Origin: Tubiluchus corallicola
Lineage: Eukaryota; Animalia; Priapulida
Assembly (NCBI GenBank): GCA_030141605.1
Contig: JAQGDQ010000818.1
Span: forward strand, 28,284 to 92,283
Direction: 5' to 3'
Length of the DNA: 64,000 nucleotides
How positions within the stretch are numbered: position 1 is the first letter of the stretch; each line of letters starts with the position of its first letter. This document shows positions 63,470-64,000 of this stretch, piece after piece. Both the position numbers and the translations under genes were made by a program. The notes beneath the pieces are model-generated. The model saw nothing but the letters and a program-made list of their open reading frames with translations, made no database searches and had not been told where the DNA came from.

Positions 63470-64000
63470 GCTTTCTTCTTCTTCTTCTTCTTCTCTTCTT
63501 CTGTTGCTCTAAACATTTACTGTAGACGTTGATTGTACAGGTAAGGTGCATTTGCGAAGTTTAATGCTAATCTTACTGGTGTTGTTTCTGGCAATCTCAT
63601 TTAATGTTCTACCCATCTTAGTCTTCTGATTCTGATTTTAGTGCTCCAATGTTTAATGCTAATCTTACTGGTGTTGTTTCTGGCAATCTCATTTAATGTT
63701 CTACCCATCTTAGTCTTCTGATTCTGATTTTAGTGCTCCAGTGTTCAATGCTAATCTTACTGATGTTGTTTCTGAAAATCTCATTAAATGTTCTACCCAT
63801 CTTAGTCTTCTGATTCTGATTTTAGTGCTCCAATGTTTAATGCTAATCTTACTGGTGTTGTTTCTGGCAATCTCATTAAATGTTCTACCCATCTTAGTCT
63901 TCTGATTCTCATTTTAGTGCTCCAATGTTTAATGCTAATCTTACTGGTGGTGTTTCAGGCAATCTCATTAAATGTTCTACCCATCTTAGTCTTCTGATTC
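63470..64000 (-). mobile_element. RTE-type LINE 3' end with (GAA)n tail; a 92-bp coding segment is tandemly amplified
   Basis: Unit translates HWSTKIRIRRLRWVEHLMRLPETTPVRLAL (RRLRW.GH-type motif); units start at 63565, 63657, 63749, 63841 and 63933. Confidence 0.8.

Noticed and set aside
63526-63540. 15-nt micro-exon with a strong CAG|GTAAGG donor
   Set aside because: Gives a stop in the required phase 2 and lies inside an antisense LINE tail.

Overview
AT-rich, repeat-dense eukaryotic (invertebrate animal-type) genomic DNA; no prokaryotic features. Two spliced genes diverge head-to-head. On the - strand is the first coding exon of an ERC/ELKS/CAST (Bruchpilot-type) gene (7109-6372). On the + strand is an ANKRD26-family gene, which I can thread by hand through 15 phase-compatible GT-AG coding exons (18525-61770; it continues past the window). 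It has N-terminal ankyrin repeats followed by a long low-complexity region. The introns hold hAT-, piggyBac-, pogo/Tigger- and Helitron-type non-autonomous elements, three solo LTRs with 5-bp TSDs, tRNA- and 5S-derived SINEs, CR1/L2- and RTE-type LINE tails, and about 25 tandem arrays, nearly all with different units. Most notable observations: (1) a candidate internal switch exon (47542-47687) that resembles the first coding exon and would either stop the ankyrin protein or start an MGKLLRKLFC isoform; (2) an intron that is almost entirely one foldback; (3) recurrent inverted-repeat pairs around exons; (4) private minisatellites sitting just upstream of most splice acceptors, several seeded from transposon pieces; (5) a 5S-headed SINE with a degenerate HDV-like fold. 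Family names come from recalled motifs, not database searches.
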